From positions 108,266,793 to 108,330,792 of the forward strand of contig NC_092370.1 of the NCBI RefSeq assembly GCF_030028105.1: DNA of 64,000 bases. The letters run 5' to 3'. This DNA is from Mobula birostris (taxonomy: Eukaryota). The notes below the pieces were generated by a model, which saw only the letters and a list, made by a program, of their open reading frames with translations, was not told where the DNA came from and ran no database searches. Position 1 is the first letter of the stretch. Each line of letters opens with the position of its first letter. Shown piece after piece: positions 61,744 through 64,000 of this stretch. The translations under genes were made by a program, and so were the position numbers.

Positions 61744-63523
61744 GTAAGCTGAATCTACTCTCTTCAAAAACAATTTGAATCGAGTGATGGATACAAATAA
61801 TTTTAAAGTAGCGTCACATTTTATTCTTTCTAGTCATTAGAAACCAAACTGGGAAGTTATAAAGAATAAAGAAAAGACCTACAATGAAAGAGCAAAGAAG
61901 CACTGAGCACCAACCCACCCCATGCCTTTCTGTTCATAGTACCTCAAACTTTAACTTGCATTAATAGAACAATGATTATGAAACATAATGAAATGATGAT
62001 GATTCTTGTGAGAAGAAGCTGGTTGCAGTCAGTTATTGGAATATGATTTTAAAAACTCTGGTAGAAAATGGAAGACTGAGAGATAGCAAGAATTTATATT
62101 GTGAAGATGCTAGTAAAAGTGAGATTCGTGTGAGCAAGATTCAATATGCTGAGAAGAGACAAGCATGTGGGAAGGTGTACTCGCATTCCCAGGAGGTTAA
62201 ATACATAATTCTCATAATACTTAATAAAAATTAAAAAATAAAAATGCTTAATAAAAAATCATGATTCTCAGTTCCTAAATAGAGAAAACAATATTGTATG
62301 TCATTGTAAGTACAATTAGAAAAATGATGATATAAAATGTAAAGAAATTCATCCTTGGCCACTAACATTAAATATACTAGAGAGGCCCTCAGGCACTTTG
62401 CATCCTGCCGCTGAAATTCAGTTCCGTGACTTCAAAGGAACTGACTGTCAGATGCAGAGATGAGTGTGCTCCTGCTGTTATGTCGTGCATTATTATATAG
62501 GCAGTTATATTACAGGTTTCATAGACCTAAATGATCTCTCAGTGAGTGGATAAAATCTCTAATTGCATAAAGGGTAAAAACAATTATATGTGACATTTAC
62601 TGTAATTTCACAAATCATATTACTGAACACTCATAAAAGGCGATCAAAATATAATGGCAGAACTAATCTTTGTAGCTTAATTTGCTATTGTGGAAGCTGC
62701 ATCAACTGACAATGAGTCCACGAGCATTTCTGTTCATATATAAGTAAAACTCAGATAATCCACATATCCAGTGATTTGGCAATCCCACTGATACATATCT
62801 GACTCACGAACTGAAGTTTGTAGTTTTAACCTGTAGGTCTCCAGTTATACAGAACCTTCCTATTCAGTGGGTTCTATTTCCCATCCACTCACCATGGTCC
62901 AGGTTCCTCCACTCACTTCCACTGGCTAGGGTTTGGATTCCAGTGCTTCACAACCACTCGCTGGGCCTCACTTCCAGCTCTTCTATCAACTTGTCAGAGC
63001 CCAGTTCTTTCACTCCCTTTCAGCTCACCTGGTTCCATTGGCCATGCTCCTTGAAATTTTGCTTAATCTGTTTTCCAGATCCCTTGAAACATTTCACTGA
63101 AATGCTATTGTGTAACATCTTTTAAAAAGGGAAAATAAAAGTATTGAAGTATAATTAAAATAATATCCTATAGTCCAAAAAATTTCCTTGCCCAGCACCA
63201 CCAAAGTCCCAAATATGCTTGATTAATGGAATTTTGCTTCAAGTAATTGTAAGTCCTAAACAGATAAACAACATTAAACTGCCCACTAATTTTCAGAAAT
63301 CATGATCCTAACCTGACCCATCGGCTATCATGTTGCATGCCTTTTAATAACACTCCAAATTTCAGCTCCATTTGCTTCAACAGACTGTAATACTTGGCAG
63401 TGTGTAAAACTGAATGTGACCTGAAGCTATACCACTTACTTTGGTCGTATAACTTTAAAATCAGAGCTTCTAGTTCAGTGTCATGCAAGATAAGAAAGCA
63501 AATGGAAACTGTTTAAAAATATT

Positions 63524-64000
63524 TAAGACCATAAGATATGGGAGCAGAAGTAGGCCATTCAGCCCATCGAGTCTGCTCTGCCATTCAATCATGGGCTGAT
63601 CCACTTCATCCAGTCATCCCCACTCCGCTGCTGTTCCCCACTTCCCATGCCGTGGCTAATCAAGAGCCTGTCTATCTCTGCCTTAAATACACGCAATGAC
63701 TTGGTATCCACAGCCACTTGTGTCAACAAATTCCAGATTTACCACCCTCTGACTAAAGTAATTTCTCCGCATCTTTGTTCTAAATGGACGTCCTTCAATC
63801 CTGAAGTCATGCCCTCTTATCCTAGACTCCCCTACTATCGGAAATAACCATGCCATATCTAATATATTCAGGCCTTTTAACATTCAGAATGTTTCTATAA
63901 GATCCCCCCTCATTCTCCTGAAATTCAGGGAATACAGCCCAAGAGCTGCCAGACATTCCTCATATGGAAACCCTTTCATTCCTGGAATCATTCTCATGAA
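63524..64000 (-). mobile_element. CR1 3' end, running off the window edge
   Basis: ORF 63683-63883 [38 protein letters not shown]; tail taagaccataagata. Confidence 0.93.

Noticed and set aside
62741-63240. Possible Tigger-like MITE ends (agtaaaactcagataatcc ... gattaatggaattttgct)
   Set aside because: The inverted repeats are too eroded and no TA target duplication can be confirmed.
61744-64000. Search for the terminal exon (VRSA...RKRWHRWQ-type helix 8)
   Set aside because: No match found. The acceptor-like tgtag near 62836 opens a frame (VSSYTEPSYS...) with no resemblance to a CRHR tail, so the last exon is presumably beyond the window.
1-64000. Prokaryotic-type systems (CRISPR arrays, operons) and tRNA/rRNA genes
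   Set aside because: The sequence is intron-rich vertebrate DNA; no regularly spaced repeat-spacer array or structural RNA gene was seen.

Overview
Vertebrate genomic DNA; the repeat landscape (abundant CR1 LINEs, HE1/V-SINE-like and Penelope-like short repeats) points to a cartilaginous fish, probably a ray (inference). The window holds the middle of one + strand gene that the ORF track misses: nine GT-AG exons (1199-1284, 34979-35085, 38656-38773, 42395-42548, 43457-43517, 44995-45067, 50011-50096, 61388-61523, 61702-61743; 863 nt, open frame when spliced). They encode the end of the extracellular domain through TM7 of a corticotropin-releasing factor receptor (class B1 GPCR). It is CRHR2-type at diagnostic positions but strongly remodelled in ECL2 and ECL3, and it carries Ile in place of the conserved TM6 Thr of the HETx polar lock. 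It is therefore a candidate divergent or extra CRH-receptor paralog. The 5' exons and the last exon were not found in the window. The rest is intron, including one 33.7 kb intron, filled with transposable elements: nested CR1 LINEs (one with a 915-aa ORF2), Rex1/Babar, RTE and L2 fragments, a decayed sushi-type Gypsy gag, two solo LTRs, hAT and Tc1/pogo-derived non-autonomous DNA transposons with identifiable TIRs/TSDs, and Penelope-like palindromic repeats. All comparisons with known proteins and repeat consensi are from memory, not from a database search.
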